The notes under the pieces: generated by a model
The model's database searches: none
What the model was told of the DNA's origin: nothing
Seen by the model: the letters and a program-made list of their open reading frames with translations, nothing else
Translations under genes and position numbers: made by a program
Source: Lachnospiraceae bacterium
Lineage (GTDB): Bacteria > Bacillota > Clostridia > Lachnospirales > Lachnospiraceae
DNA length: 64,000 nt
Direction: 5' to 3'
Assembly (NCBI GenBank): GCA_051879455.1
Contig: JBJEMB010000268.1
Span: forward strand, 40,252-104,251
Shown here: piece after piece, positions 9,436-20,784 of the stretch
Numbering within the stretch: position 1 is the first letter of the stretch
Layout: every line of letters begins with the position of its first letter

Positions 9436-9870
9436 ATGGTATCCACGTATCCAGCATGTTTTTTTAAAGAGAAAAATAGTTATTCTGTTATTTTCCCGGA
9501 CTTAAATTATTTATCTACTTGTGGTGAGACTTTAGAAGAAGCTTTCTCTATGGCAATTGAATGTTTGGCAGGATATCTTTTCGGGCTTCAGATGAGTGGT
9601 GAAGATTTTCCAAAGCCTTCTGTTGTTTCCGGGATTGAAATAAATAAAATTGAAAAAGAGTTAGAAATAAATGCAGAAGAATCTTTTGTAAATATGGTTG
9701 GTGTAGATGTTGCGGAGTATGCCAGAATACATTTTGAAAAATCAGTTAAGAAAACGCTTACAATACCGGCATGGCTTAATAATGCCGCGTTAGAAGAGAA
9801 TATAAATTTTTCACAGGTACTCCAGGAAGCGTTAAAAAAGAGACTTTTTTCGAAGGGTACGCATCAGTAA
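9436..9870 (+). CDS. hicB: HicB family antitoxin with C-terminal ribbon-helix-helix
   Basis: YPACF...V.FPDL...TCGETLEEAF.MA; C-terminal KSVKKTLTIPAWLN..INFSQVLQEAL. Confidence 0.92.
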   Translation: MVSTYPACFFKEKNSYSVIFPDLNYLSTCGETLEEAFSMAIECLAGYLFGLQMSGEDFPKPSVVSGIEINKIEKELEINAEESFVNMVGVDVAEYARIHFEKSVKKTLTIPAWLNNAALEENINFSQVLQEALKKRLFSKGTHQ

Positions 9871-9901
9871 AAACTTAAATCTAAAAATTATATAAAGGGT
9901 G

Positions 9902-9930
9902 TTGACAAATGAAATAGAGAGTGCTAAATT
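9902..9930 (+). promoter_or_regulatory. sigmaA promoter of the hrcA operon
   Basis: TTGACA 9902-9907, 17 nt, TAAATT 9925-9930 with TGn extension; overlaps a CIRCE half-site gagtgctaa at 9919-9927. Confidence 0.8.
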
Positions 9931-9944
9931 AATACTCGAAGATG

Positions 9945-9971
9945 TTAGCACTCTTTAATTTTGAGTGCTAA
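9945..9971 (+). promoter_or_regulatory. CIRCE operator (HrcA site)
   Basis: Exact TTAGCACTC-N9-GAGTGCTAA. Confidence 0.97.
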
Positions 9972-10000
9972 CAGAAGAAAATCTGAAAGGAGGAGGATGC

Positions 10001-11074
10001 ATGGTAGCAGAGCATGGATTAAGCGAGAGAAAACTTAAGATTCTGCATGCGATTATCAAAAACTACTTGGAAACTGGTGAGCCGGTTGGTTCAAGAACAA
10101 TTTCAAAGTATACAGATTTGAATCTAAGCTCAGCGACAATTCGTAATGAGATGGCAGATCTGGAAGAGCTTGGTTACATTATACAGCCTCATACGTCAGC
10201 AGGACGTATCCCTTCAGATAAAGGATATCGGTTATATGTGGATATGCTGATGGATGAAAAAGAGCAGGAACTGATGGAGAAAGAAGAGCAGATGCTTCAG
10301 AAAGCAGATAAGATGGAACATCTTCTGAAACAGGCTGCAAAGGTTCTGGCAAATAATACGAATTATGCCACAATGGTTTCTACTCCGATGAGTAACAGTA
10401 ATAAGATTAAGTTTATTCAGTTGACGATGGTAGATGATGAACAGCTTATTGCAGTGATCGTTCTTGGAGGAAATGTAATTAAGAATAAGATCATCCATGT
10501 AGAGGAACCGCTCAGTAATGAGAATCTTTTAAAACTCAATATGCTTCTCAACACAACATTGAACGGGATGGCTATTGAAGAGATTAATTTAGGATTGATT
10601 GCAAGGCTGAAGGAACAGGCTGGAATTCACAGTGTAGTGATTGGAAATGTTCTGGACGCAGTAGCAGATGCGATTCAGGTAGATGAGGATATGCAGATTT
10701 ACACCAGCGGTGCAACAAATATTTTCAAATATCCGGAACTTTCTGATAAGCAGAGTGCGCAGGAGATTATCAGTGCATTTGAAGAAAAACAACAGCTTAC
10801 AGAGCTTGTAACACAGACCCTGTCAAGAGAGGATAATACCGGAATTCAGGTTTATATAGGTGATGAGACACCGGTACAGATGATGAAAGACTGCAGTGTC
10901 GTTACAGCAACTTATGAATTGGGTGATGGCATGAAGGGAACGATAGGTATTATCGGACCGAAGAGGATGGATTATGAGCATGTGTTAAAATCAATGAAAC
11001 GACTGCAAAATGAGCTGGATGAGATGTTTCATAGTGACGGAAATTCCCGCAAGATAGATTCTTCAGATGGATAG
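10001..11074 (+). CDS. hrcA: Heat-inducible transcription repressor
   Basis: LSERKLKIL.AII..YL.TGEPVGSRTI; SSATIRNEMADLEELG; HTSAGRIPSDKGYR; GIIGPKRMDY; ATG after aggagg. Confidence 0.96.
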   Translation: MVAEHGLSERKLKILHAIIKNYLETGEPVGSRTISKYTDLNLSSATIRNEMADLEELGYIIQPHTSAGRIPSDKGYRLYVDMLMDEKEQELMEKEEQMLQKADKMEHLLKQAAKVLANNTNYATMVSTPMSNSNKIKFIQLTMVDDEQLIAVIVLGGNVIKNKIIHVEEPLSNENLLKLNMLLNTTLNGMAIEEINLGLIARLKEQAGIHSVVIGNVLDAVADAIQVDEDMQIYTSGATNIFKYPELSDKQSAQEIISAFEEKQQLTELVTQTLSREDNTGIQVYIGDETPVQMMKDCSVVTATYELGDGMKGTIGIIGPKRMDYEHVLKSMKRLQNELDEMFHSDGNSRKIDSSDG

Positions 11075-11118
11075 TAGGATAGAAAAGTTAAATTTGAATA
11101 AGAAAGGTGGAATAACCC

Positions 11119-11817
11119 TTGGAGAAACAGGAGAAAAGCCAGGAAGAGATGGTAAAGGAAGCGGTAGAAGAAGCAAAGAAGACCGCAGCCAGACAGGCAG
11201 AAGAGGCTGAGGCCAAAGAGACCGAGGCTAAAGAAGCTGATGAAAGCGATCATGATAGTGATAATGCAGCAGAGGCAAATGACACAGAAGCGCATGAGGC
11301 AGAAGAGAAATCTGAAGAAAAAGAAGCTTCTGGTGAAGAACAATCAGGAAAGAAGCTGTTTGGCAAAAAGAATAAAAAAGATAAAAAAGATGAGAAAATT
11401 GAAGAACTGACAGACAGACTTACACGTCAGATGGCTGAGTTTGATAACTTTCGCAAGCGTACAGAAAAAGAGAAGTCTCAGATGTACGAGATTGGTGCGA
11501 AAGATGTCATAGATAAAATTCTTCCGGTAATTGACAACTTCGAAAGAGGACTTTCCGGAGTGAAGGAAGAAGAAAAAGAAGATCCGTTTGTACAGGGAAT
11601 GGAGATGATTTATAAACAGCTTATGACAACACTGGAAGGAATCGGTGTGACACCGATCGAGGCAGTAGGGCAGGAATTCAATCCTGATTTCCATAATGCA
11701 GTGATGCATGTGGAAGATGAAAACTTCGGTGAGAATATTGTTGCTGAGGAATTCCAGAAAGGTTATATGTATCGAGATTCTGTGGTAAGACACAGTATGG
11801 TAAAAGTAGCAAATTAG
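11119..11817 (+). CDS. grpE: Nucleotide exchange factor GrpE
   Basis: AEFDNFRKRTEKE; LPVIDNFER; FNPDFHNAV; KGY.YRD.VVRHSMVKV; position between hrcA and dnaK. Confidence 0.96.
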   Translation: MEKQEKSQEEMVKEAVEEAKKTAARQAEEAEAKETEAKEADESDHDSDNAAEANDTEAHEAEEKSEEKEASGEEQSGKKLFGKKNKKDKKDEKIEELTDRLTRQMAEFDNFRKRTEKEKSQMYEIGAKDVIDKILPVIDNFERGLSGVKEEEKEDPFVQGMEMIYKQLMTTLEGIGVTPIEAVGQEFNPDFHNAVMHVEDENFGENIVAEEFQKGYMYRDSVVRHSMVKVAN

Positions 11818-11842
11818 TTATTATTAAAGTAGCAAATAGTAA

Positions 11843-13735
<1,893 letters not shown>

Positions 13736-13782
13736 GACTTTTATAGATCAAATGTTCAACACATTTTAAATGACAAATAATC

Positions 13783-13899
13783 AGGAAATTATTCCGGGGA
13801 ATCCGGTGGGGATGTACCTGCCGGATAACGCGGAATTTCCTTATGTTATCTTGAGGGAATATAAAGGATGATTTCCGCAGTTACAGACGGAATTTCTGA
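13783..13899 (+). other. Structured dnaK-dnaJ intergenic region (stability or termination stems)
   Basis: atccgg/ccggat core (13801-13826) inside aggaaatt/aatttcct (13783-13841); second ttccg/cggaa hairpin at 13873-13892. Confidence 0.55.
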
Positions 13900-13916
13900 T
13901 AAGAAAGGGATAAAAC

Positions 13917-15101
13917 ATGGCAGAATCAAAAAGAGATTATTACGAAGTGCTCGGAGTAAGCAGGGATGCCGATGACGCTACGTTAAAAAAAGCATACAGA
14001 CAGGTTGCTAAGAAATATCATCCTGATATGAATCCAGGCGATGCGGAAGCAGAAAAAAAGTTTAAAGAAGCTTCAGAGGCCTATGCAGTATTGAGTGATC
14101 CGGAGAAGCGCCGTCAGTATGATCAGTTTGGTCATGCAGCATTTGAAGGCGGAGCAGGTGGAGCAGGTGGCTTTGGCGGCTTTGATTTCAGTGGAGCAGA
14201 TTTCAGTGATATCTTTGGTGATATTTTTGGTGACTTATTTGGTGGTGGTTCCAGAAGAGGAAGAAGTCAGGGACCTATGAAAGGCGCAAATATCCGTAAG
14301 AGTGTGCGCATTACTTTCGAGGAAGCGGTATTTGGATGCGAAAAAGAATTAGATGTTATTTTAAAGGATCCATGCCCGAAATGTAATGGTACAGGAGCAA
14401 AAGCGGGTACCACTCCGCAGACTTGTCCGAAATGCGGTGGCAAAGGTCAGGTTGTGTTTACGCAGCAATCTTTCTTTGGCACGGTACAGAATGTACAGAC
14501 ATGTCCTGATTGTGGTGGAACCGGTCAGATTATTCGTGAGAAATGTCCGGATTGTCAGGGAACCGGCTATGTTTCCAATAAGAAAAAGATTTCTGTTACA
14601 ATTCCTGCAGGTATTGATAACGGACAGAGCATCCGTATTCGTGAAAAGGGTGAACCAGGTACGAATGGTGGACCAAGAGGGGATCTTCTCGTAGAAGTGA
14701 GTGTATCAAGGCATCCAATCTTCCAGAGACAGGATATGCATATTTTCTCTACTGTACCGATATCTTTTGCACAGGCAGCGCTCGGTGCGGATATTAAGAT
14801 TAAAACGGTCGATGGAGATGTGATCTATACAGTCAAACCGGGAACAAAGACAGATACAAAAGTACGTCTGAAAGGGAAAGGAGTTCCTTCTGTGAGAAAT
14901 TCACAGGTTCGCGGAGATCATTATGTGACACTGGTAATTCAGACGCCGGAGCATTTAAGTGCAGAAGCGAAAGAAGCACTCAGAAAATTTGATGAATTGG
15001 CAGGAAACACATTAAATACAGAAGAAGCTTCTCATAAAGGATCAGGCGGCAAAAAGAAAAAAGGATTTATGGATAAAATGAAAGAGGCCTTTGATGATTA
15101 A
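13917..15101 (+). CDS. dnaJ: Chaperone DnaJ
   Basis: J domain with HPD; G/F-rich linker; four CxxCxGxG repeats. Confidence 0.98.
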   Translation: MAESKRDYYEVLGVSRDADDATLKKAYRQVAKKYHPDMNPGDAEAEKKFKEASEAYAVLSDPEKRRQYDQFGHAAFEGGAGGAGGFGGFDFSGADFSDIFGDIFGDLFGGGSRRGRSQGPMKGANIRKSVRITFEEAVFGCEKELDVILKDPCPKCNGTGAKAGTTPQTCPKCGGKGQVVFTQQSFFGTVQNVQTCPDCGGTGQIIREKCPDCQGTGYVSNKKKISVTIPAGIDNGQSIRIREKGEPGTNGGPRGDLLVEVSVSRHPIFQRQDMHIFSTVPISFAQAALGADIKIKTVDGDVIYTVKPGTKTDTKVRLKGKGVPSVRNSQVRGDHYVTLVIQTPEHLSAEAKEALRKFDELAGNTLNTEEASHKGSGGKKKKGFMDKMKEAFDD

Positions 15102-15118
15102 TCATCAAAGGCTTTCTT
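15087..15118 (+). terminator. Terminator overlapping the dnaJ stop codon
   Basis: Perfect 26-bp palindrome gcctttgatgattaatcatcaaaggc (15087-15112) followed by tttctt. Confidence 0.7.
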
Positions 15119-15207
15119 ACTGAAATTTTTTCTGTGAAAATATCTACTATAATGCTATTTCTTATGTTACAATGTTCAGGAGAAAATGACAGGAAGGTGA
15201 TTTTACT

Positions 15208-16392
15208 ATGCAAAGTTTTACACAATATATGCCAACAAGAATTGTGTTTGGCAAGGAAGCAGAGAAACAGGCAGGAAAACTTGTGAAGGAAGCGGGAGCA
15301 TCAAAGGTTCTTCTTGTATATGGCGGAGGAAGCGTTGTAAAAAGCGGTCTTCTTGCAACGATTAAAGAAGAGCTTGAAAATGAGAAAATCCAGTATCAGG
15401 AAATTTCAGGGGTGAAACCAAACCCAAGACTTTCGCTTGCAAGAGAAGGTGTGAAGAAAGCGGTCGAATTTGGGGCAGAGCTCATGCTTGCAATCGGAGG
15501 CGGAAGTGTCATTGACACAGCAAAGGCGATTGCAGTAGGAGCTGCAAATCCTGGGATTGATATCTGGGATGTCTGGATGGGAAAGGAAAAAGTATCTGAG
15601 GCGAAGCCGGTAGGAGTTGTCCTTACTATTTCAGCAGCCGGAAGTGAGATGAGTGATTCCACAGTACTCACAAATGAAGAGACGGATAAGAAAGCAGGCT
15701 TTAATTCAGATATTGTACGTCCGAAGTTTGCAATGATGAATCCAGAGATTACATACACCTTACCAAAATATCAGCTTACATGTGGAATCGTTGATATTCT
15801 GATGCACACGCTGGAAAGATATTTTACGCCGGTGGAAGGAAATCAGCTGACCGATGAGATAGCAGAGGGACTGATGCGTACTTTGATTATAAATGGTAAG
15901 ATTGCCTTTGAGGATCAGACGGATTATGATGCCATGAGCGAGATCATGTGGTGCGGAAGTCTTTCGCATAATAATTTGACCGGTCTCGGACGTATGAAGG
16001 ATTTTTCATGTCATAAGCTTGGACATGAAATTGGAGGTCTGTTTGATGAGGCCCACGGAGCAACACTTTCTGCTGTCTGGGGAAGTTGGGCGAGATATGT
16101 CTATAAACTGGATGTGTCCAGATTTGCCAGATATGGGAAAAAAGTCTGGGGAATTGATAACGATAATGAGGAGGAAGCTGCGGTTCAGGCAATTGAAGCT
16201 ACGGAAGAATTCTTTCGCTCATTAAATATGCCTACCTGTATCGGAGAAATGCAGATTGGAGTGCAGCCGGATGATGTGCTTAAGAAGATGGCTGACAGCG
16301 CTACAAAAAGTGATACGGTAAAGATAGGATGCTTTAAGAAACTGGATGCGCAGGATATGTATGAGATCTATAAAGCAGCAAACCACAGATAA
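15208..16392 (+). CDS. Iron-containing alcohol dehydrogenase (BdhA/YqhD-like)
   Basis: PTRIVFG; GGGSVVKSG; GGGSVIDTAK; AAGSE; metal ligands D..MH.LE, H.LGH, HG. Confidence 0.9.
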   Translation: MQSFTQYMPTRIVFGKEAEKQAGKLVKEAGASKVLLVYGGGSVVKSGLLATIKEELENEKIQYQEISGVKPNPRLSLAREGVKKAVEFGAELMLAIGGGSVIDTAKAIAVGAANPGIDIWDVWMGKEKVSEAKPVGVVLTISAAGSEMSDSTVLTNEETDKKAGFNSDIVRPKFAMMNPEITYTLPKYQLTCGIVDILMHTLERYFTPVEGNQLTDEIAEGLMRTLIINGKIAFEDQTDYDAMSEIMWCGSLSHNNLTGLGRMKDFSCHKLGHEIGGLFDEAHGATLSAVWGSWARYVYKLDVSRFARYGKKVWGIDNDNEEEAAVQAIEATEEFFRSLNMPTCIGEMQIGVQPDDVLKKMADSATKSDTVKIGCFKKLDAQDMYEIYKAANHR

Positions 16393-17761
16393 TTTAAATA
16401 TTAACTGGAATATTTTTTATAAAAGTGTATTTTCTCTTGTCCTTCCTATGGCGATACAGAATCTGATCAATGTAGGTGTTACGGCAACAGATGTATTTAT
16501 GCTTGGAAGGGTCGGAGAGAAGGTTCTTTCCGGATCTTCTCTTGCCGGTCAGATTCAGTTCATTATGATGCTTGTATTCTTCGGGATTACAGCAGGCGCA
16601 ACAGTGCTTACAGCGCAATACTGGGGGAAAAGAGATACAAAAACAATTGAAAAGATCCTGGGAATGGGGCTTTCCGGTGGAATTCTGATTGCTGCGGTAT
16701 TCACTGCACTGGCACTTATCATTCCCGACAGGCTGATGCACATTTTTACATCAGATCCCATAGTGATCCAAGAAGGTGCAAAGTATCTTCGCATTGTAGG
16801 GATGTCTTATATGTTCATGGCTGTGACTCAGGTGTATCTGAATATTATGCGAAGTATAGAGAGAGTTGTAGTGGCCACCGTCATATATTTTATCTCTCTG
16901 CTTGTGAATATCTGTATCAATGCGATTTTGATTTTCGGTTTGTTCGGTGCACCAAGACTGGAGATTGTTGGTGCTGCTATTGGAACATTGAGTGCCAGAA
17001 TTACGGAGACAGCACTTGTTCTTCTTTATGCTCATTTTAAGAATAAGATTGTGAAAATCCGATTAAAGAATATGCTGCATATTGATCGGATTCTTTTTCA
17101 GGACTTTGTCCGGTATTCCATGCCGGTTGTGTTAAATGAACTGATGTGGGGGCTTGGAACTTCATGTAATACGGCGATCATTGGTCATCTTGGAAGTGAG
17201 GCTGTGGCTGCGAATTCTGTGGCACAGGTGGCAAGACAGCTTGCACAGGTAGTAGTATTCGGAATCTCAAATGCCACTTCGATCTGGCTTGGAAAGACTC
17301 TTGGTGAAGGCAAACTTTTACATGCAAAGGCTTATGCAAAACGCTTCGCCATACTTTCTCTGATATTGGGTATGATTGGTGGTTCGGCAATCCTGATTTT
17401 TGGACCGGTTGCGGCAAACATGTTGGCGCTGTCCGAAACATCTCAGAAATATTTGCGATTTATGTTTTTTGTTATGTCTTATTTTGTTGTAGGGCAGGCA
17501 TTTAATACAACAATGGTGTGTGGAATTTTCCGGTCAGGAGGAGATACAAGATTTGGTCTTTATATGGATGTCATTACGATGTGGGGATGCTCCATCCTGC
17601 TTGGTGCTTTGGCGGCATTTGTTTTTCACGCCAGTGTACCTGTTGTTTATGCGATATTATTAAGCGATGAAGTGATCAAAGTGCCGATTTGTTTCTTGCG
17701 GTATCGGAAATATAAATGGCTTAGGGATGTTACAAGGGAGCAGGAAGAGCTGGAGGGCTGA
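16361..17761 (+). CDS. MATE family efflux transporter
   Basis: LPMAIQNLI; AQYWGKRD; duplicated halves; R.GGDTR; likely start at ATG 16361, overlapping the ADH 3' end. Confidence 0.88.
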   Translation: MRSIKQQTTDNLNINWNIFYKSVFSLVLPMAIQNLINVGVTATDVFMLGRVGEKVLSGSSLAGQIQFIMMLVFFGITAGATVLTAQYWGKRDTKTIEKILGMGLSGGILIAAVFTALALIIPDRLMHIFTSDPIVIQEGAKYLRIVGMSYMFMAVTQVYLNIMRSIERVVVATVIYFISLLVNICINAILIFGLFGAPRLEIVGAAIGTLSARITETALVLLYAHFKNKIVKIRLKNMLHIDRILFQDFVRYSMPVVLNELMWGLGTSCNTAIIGHLGSEAVAANSVAQVARQLAQVVVFGISNATSIWLGKTLGEGKLLHAKAYAKRFAILSLILGMIGGSAILIFGPVAANMLALSETSQKYLRFMFFVMSYFVVGQAFNTTMVCGIFRSGGDTRFGLYMDVITMWGCSILLGALAAFVFHASVPVVYAILLSDEVIKVPICFLRYRKYKWLRDVTREQEELEG

Positions 17762-17762
17762 T

Positions 17763-18734
17763 ATGATTTTATTAAGTAAAGAAGAAATTGAAAAGCTAAT
17801 TGACAGAAATGAGATGATGGATGCAATAGAAGAGGCCTATCGTATTTTCGGGAAAGGTGATTATTATATGCCTCCGAGACCATCCGTGGAGCATAATAAT
17901 AAAACATTGATGTACATGCCGTGCTATACAAAAGAGAGCATTGGGACAAAGATTCTTACGATTTTCCCGGATAATGCAAAGCTAGGTTTACCATCTATTG
18001 ATGGGGTTGTCCTGTTAAATGATCCTGTGACCGGTGCTCCCGAGGCACTTTTGGATGGTCAGTCTGTGACAGGATGGAGAACCGGTGCAGTGGGAGGTGT
18101 AGGAATCCGGCATTTTTCCAGAGATGATTGCCATACGTTCGGTGTAGTCGGAGCCGGAGAACAGGCATTTTACCAGACTTTATATGCCTGTGCGGCAAGA
18201 GAGATCCGGAAAGTATCTATTTATAATCACAGCGACAGAGACCTGACAGAGTTTATAAAGAGATTAAGAAAAGCCATTGATGATCCAGGAGTAGAGATCG
18301 TATGCTGTAAGACGGCCGAAGAGCTTGTCAGAAACAGTGAGATTATCTGTACGACAACACCGGCTACAAAACCGGTACTTCCGAATGACAAAGAATTGCT
18401 GGATGGAAAATGTATCATAGCAATTGGGTCTTATACACCTGAGATGAGGGAAATCCCGGATGCAGTCTGGGATCTTACGGATCGCGTATATATTGAACTT
18501 CCTTATGCATGTGAGGAATCAGGGGATCTTAGCCAGCCCATTGCTGAAGGAAGGCTGAAACCGGAGAATGCCGTGCTTTTCAGCGATTATCTGGCACTTC
18601 CCGAGGAGGAGAGGCAGAATATTCGGAAAGAAAATCATCAGTTAAAAAAGACTACATATTTTAAATCAGTTGGTATGGGTCTTTTTGATATATGTATTGC
18701 AAAGAAATTATTAGAAAAAGCAAAGGAGAAGTAG
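17763..18734 (+). CDS. Ornithine cyclodeaminase/mu-crystallin family protein
   Basis: MPCY..K.L.IFPDN; TGWRTGA; GVVGAGEQA; IAIGSY.P.M.EI; FKSVG.GLFD. Confidence 0.9.
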   Translation: MILLSKEEIEKLIDRNEMMDAIEEAYRIFGKGDYYMPPRPSVEHNNKTLMYMPCYTKESIGTKILTIFPDNAKLGLPSIDGVVLLNDPVTGAPEALLDGQSVTGWRTGAVGGVGIRHFSRDDCHTFGVVGAGEQAFYQTLYACAAREIRKVSIYNHSDRDLTEFIKRLRKAIDDPGVEIVCCKTAEELVRNSEIICTTTPATKPVLPNDKELLDGKCIIAIGSYTPEMREIPDAVWDLTDRVYIELPYACEESGDLSQPIAEGRLKPENAVLFSDYLALPEEERQNIRKENHQLKKTTYFKSVGMGLFDICIAKKLLEKAKEK

Positions 18735-18737
18735 ATT

Positions 18738-19115
18738 ATGAAAGTAGTAGCAACAGAAAAAGCACCAAAAGCATTAGGACCATATTCACAGGGGTATATC
18801 CATAACGGAATTTTGTATTCTGCAGGTCAGATTGCAATCAATCCGGCTACAGATGCGATTGAGGCAGATACAATTGAAGGTCAGACAGAGCAGGTTTGCA
18901 AAAATATCGGTGAAATCTTAAAAGCGGCCGGAACATCTTTTGATAAAGTTTTAAAGACCACCTGTTTTGTTGCTGATATGGGAGACTTTGCTGCATTCAA
19001 TGAAGTGTATGCGAAATATTTTACTTCCAAACCGGCAAGAAGCTGCGTTGCTGTAAAGACGCTTCCGAAGAATGTACTGTGCGAGGTTGAAGTTATCGCC
19101 GTAGTAGAAGAATAG
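18738..19115 (+). CDS. ridA: RidA family enamine/imine deaminase
   Basis: APKALGPYSQG; SAGQI; FAAFNEVYAKYF; PARSCV; LPKNVLCEVE. Confidence 0.93.
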   Translation: MKVVATEKAPKALGPYSQGYIHNGILYSAGQIAINPATDAIEADTIEGQTEQVCKNIGEILKAAGTSFDKVLKTTCFVADMGDFAAFNEVYAKYFTSKPARSCVAVKTLPKNVLCEVEVIAVVEE

Positions 19116-19140
19116 GATGATAGAAAGAAGGTAACAAACC

Positions 19141-19974
19141 ATGTCTGAGGAACAGAAAAATGGCTGCTCCCCATCTGACTGTGCGGGTTGTGCGCATGCA
19201 GATTCCTGTGGCAGCAAATCGGTTGATTTTAAGAAACCGGCAAATAAATTTTCAAATATCAAAAAAGTAATCGGAGTTGTAAGCGGAAAAGGTGGAGTTG
19301 GAAAATCAATGGTTACTGCATCGCTTGCAAGAATTATGCGTGAGAAAGGATACAATGTAGGTATTCTGGATGCAGACATCACAGGCCCGTCCATTCCGAA
19401 AATGTATGGAATTCATGAAACGGCAATGGGGAACGATGATGGAATGTTCCCATGTGAAGCACTGGACGGCACAAAGATCATGTCAGTGAATCTTTTGCTT
19501 CCGAATGAATCTGATCCAGTTATCTGGAGAGGTCCTGTTATTGCAGGAGTGGTAACTCAGTTCTGGACAGATGTAATCTGGGGAGATCTTGATTATCTGT
19601 TTGTGGATATGCCACCGGGAACAGGGGATGTTCCGCTTACTGTGTTCCAGTCACTTCCGGTAGATGGAGTTGTGATTGTTTCTTCCCCTCAGGATCTTGT
19701 GAAAATGATCGTAAAGAAAGCTTACAATATGGCAAGACAGATGGATATTCCGGTACTTGGAATCGTAGAAAACTACAGTTATCTGGTCTGCCCTGACTGT
19801 GGAAAGAAGATCAGTATCTTTGGAGAGAGCAAAGTGGACGAAGTTGCAGATGAGCTTGACATTCCGGTGCTTGGTAAAATGCCAATTGATGCAGCATTGG
19901 CGCAAGCAGTGGAAGCAGAGAGATTTCATATGGTAAAAAATGAATATCTGAATGAAGCAGCAGAGAAACTTTAA
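19141..19974 (+). CDS. Mrp/NBP35 (ApbC) Fe-S carrier ATPase
   Basis: SGKGGVGKS; DADITGPSIP; WRGP; DMPPGTGD; ENYS..CPDC; N-terminal CX4CX2CX5C. Confidence 0.93.
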   Translation: MSEEQKNGCSPSDCAGCAHADSCGSKSVDFKKPANKFSNIKKVIGVVSGKGGVGKSMVTASLARIMREKGYNVGILDADITGPSIPKMYGIHETAMGNDDGMFPCEALDGTKIMSVNLLLPNESDPVIWRGPVIAGVVTQFWTDVIWGDLDYLFVDMPPGTGDVPLTVFQSLPVDGVVIVSSPQDLVKMIVKKAYNMARQMDIPVLGIVENYSYLVCPDCGKKISIFGESKVDEVADELDIPVLGKMPIDAALAQAVEAERFHMVKNEYLNEAAEKL

Positions 19975-19988
19975 GAGTAAAGATAGCG

Positions 19989-20016
19989 AAGAAGGTGTCG
20001 ATTGGCATCTTCTTTC
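19989..20016 (+). terminator. Intrinsic terminator
   Basis: aagaaggtgtc-gatt-ggcatcttctt followed by tctgttt. Confidence 0.7.
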
Positions 20017-20127
20017 TGTTTACAGACAATTATAAAAATTATATAAAATAAAATATGCAAATACAATAAACTGTCATAAAAATAGAATAAAAAATGTGAA
20101 TAGTAAATAAATAAAACTGATAATTAC

Positions 20128-20156
20128 TTGACAATGGCATATTATTGATGTAAAAT
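20128..20156 (+). promoter_or_regulatory. sigmaA promoter of the V-ATPase operon
   Basis: TTGACA-17-TAAAAT with a very A/T-rich upstream tract. Confidence 0.8.
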
Positions 20157-20211
20157 TTTTTGATAAAGACTGTTGAAAGTTTTGACTTTAATTAAGAAAG
20201 GAAGTGAAATT

Positions 20212-20772
20212 ATGGAATTACAGATTCAAGACTTAGTTTCGTCAATCCGAAAAGAAGGAATTGATGCGGCTAATGCAGAAGCAGAAACAATTATTTCTGA
20301 AGCTAAGAAAAAAGCAGAAACAATTGTAGCAGATGCTAAAGCTGAAGCTAAGAGTATTAAAGAGTCTTCAGAGAAAGAAATCAATATTCTTAAAGAGAGT
20401 GCTGCAATCAGTGCCGAGCAGGCAAAGAGGGATGCTATGCTCGCATTTAAAACTGAGGTGAAAGCTGAATTTGAAAAAATTCTTTCTGCAGAGATTAAGA
20501 ATAATCTGTCAGATGCTGCGCTTGGTAAATTAATCCATGCAGTTGTACTTGGGGAAGATGTACAGAATTATTCGGTTGAGGTTTCGGAGGTAAATGATTC
20601 ACTCAAATCAGAGCTTGCAGAAGAAATTAGGAATGGTCTTGAGATCAAACCTACAAAAGGCGCACAGGCAGGATTCCGCCTGGCGGCAAAAGATGGTTCG
20701 GGTTATTTTGACTGTTCAGATGAAGAAATCATGCAGATGCTGATGCCATACTTCAGAAATCTTGATTTCTAA
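20212..20772 (+). CDS. V-type ATPase subunit E
   Basis: ELQIQDLVSSIRKEGI coiled-coil start; GFRL...DGS.YFD; first gene of the operon. Confidence 0.85.
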   Translation: MELQIQDLVSSIRKEGIDAANAEAETIISEAKKKAETIVADAKAEAKSIKESSEKEINILKESAAISAEQAKRDAMLAFKTEVKAEFEKILSAEIKNNLSDAALGKLIHAVVLGEDVQNYSVEVSEVNDSLKSELAEEIRNGLEIKPTKGAQAGFRLAAKDGSGYFDCSDEEIMQMLMPYFRNLDF

Positions 20773-20784
20773 CGGGAGGTGCCT

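Noticed and set aside
9965-10000. Longer hrcA start given in the ORF track
   Set aside because: It begins inside the CIRCE; the ATG at 10001 has the RBS. Track starts for oppF, OCD, V-ATPase A, scpA/B, dacB, ABC ATPase, iscS and mnmA were shortened for similar reasons
15165-15182. Rex operator upstream of the ADH
   Set aside because: Only 9 of 14 positions match TTGTTAA-N4-TTAACAA, and the dyad is poor
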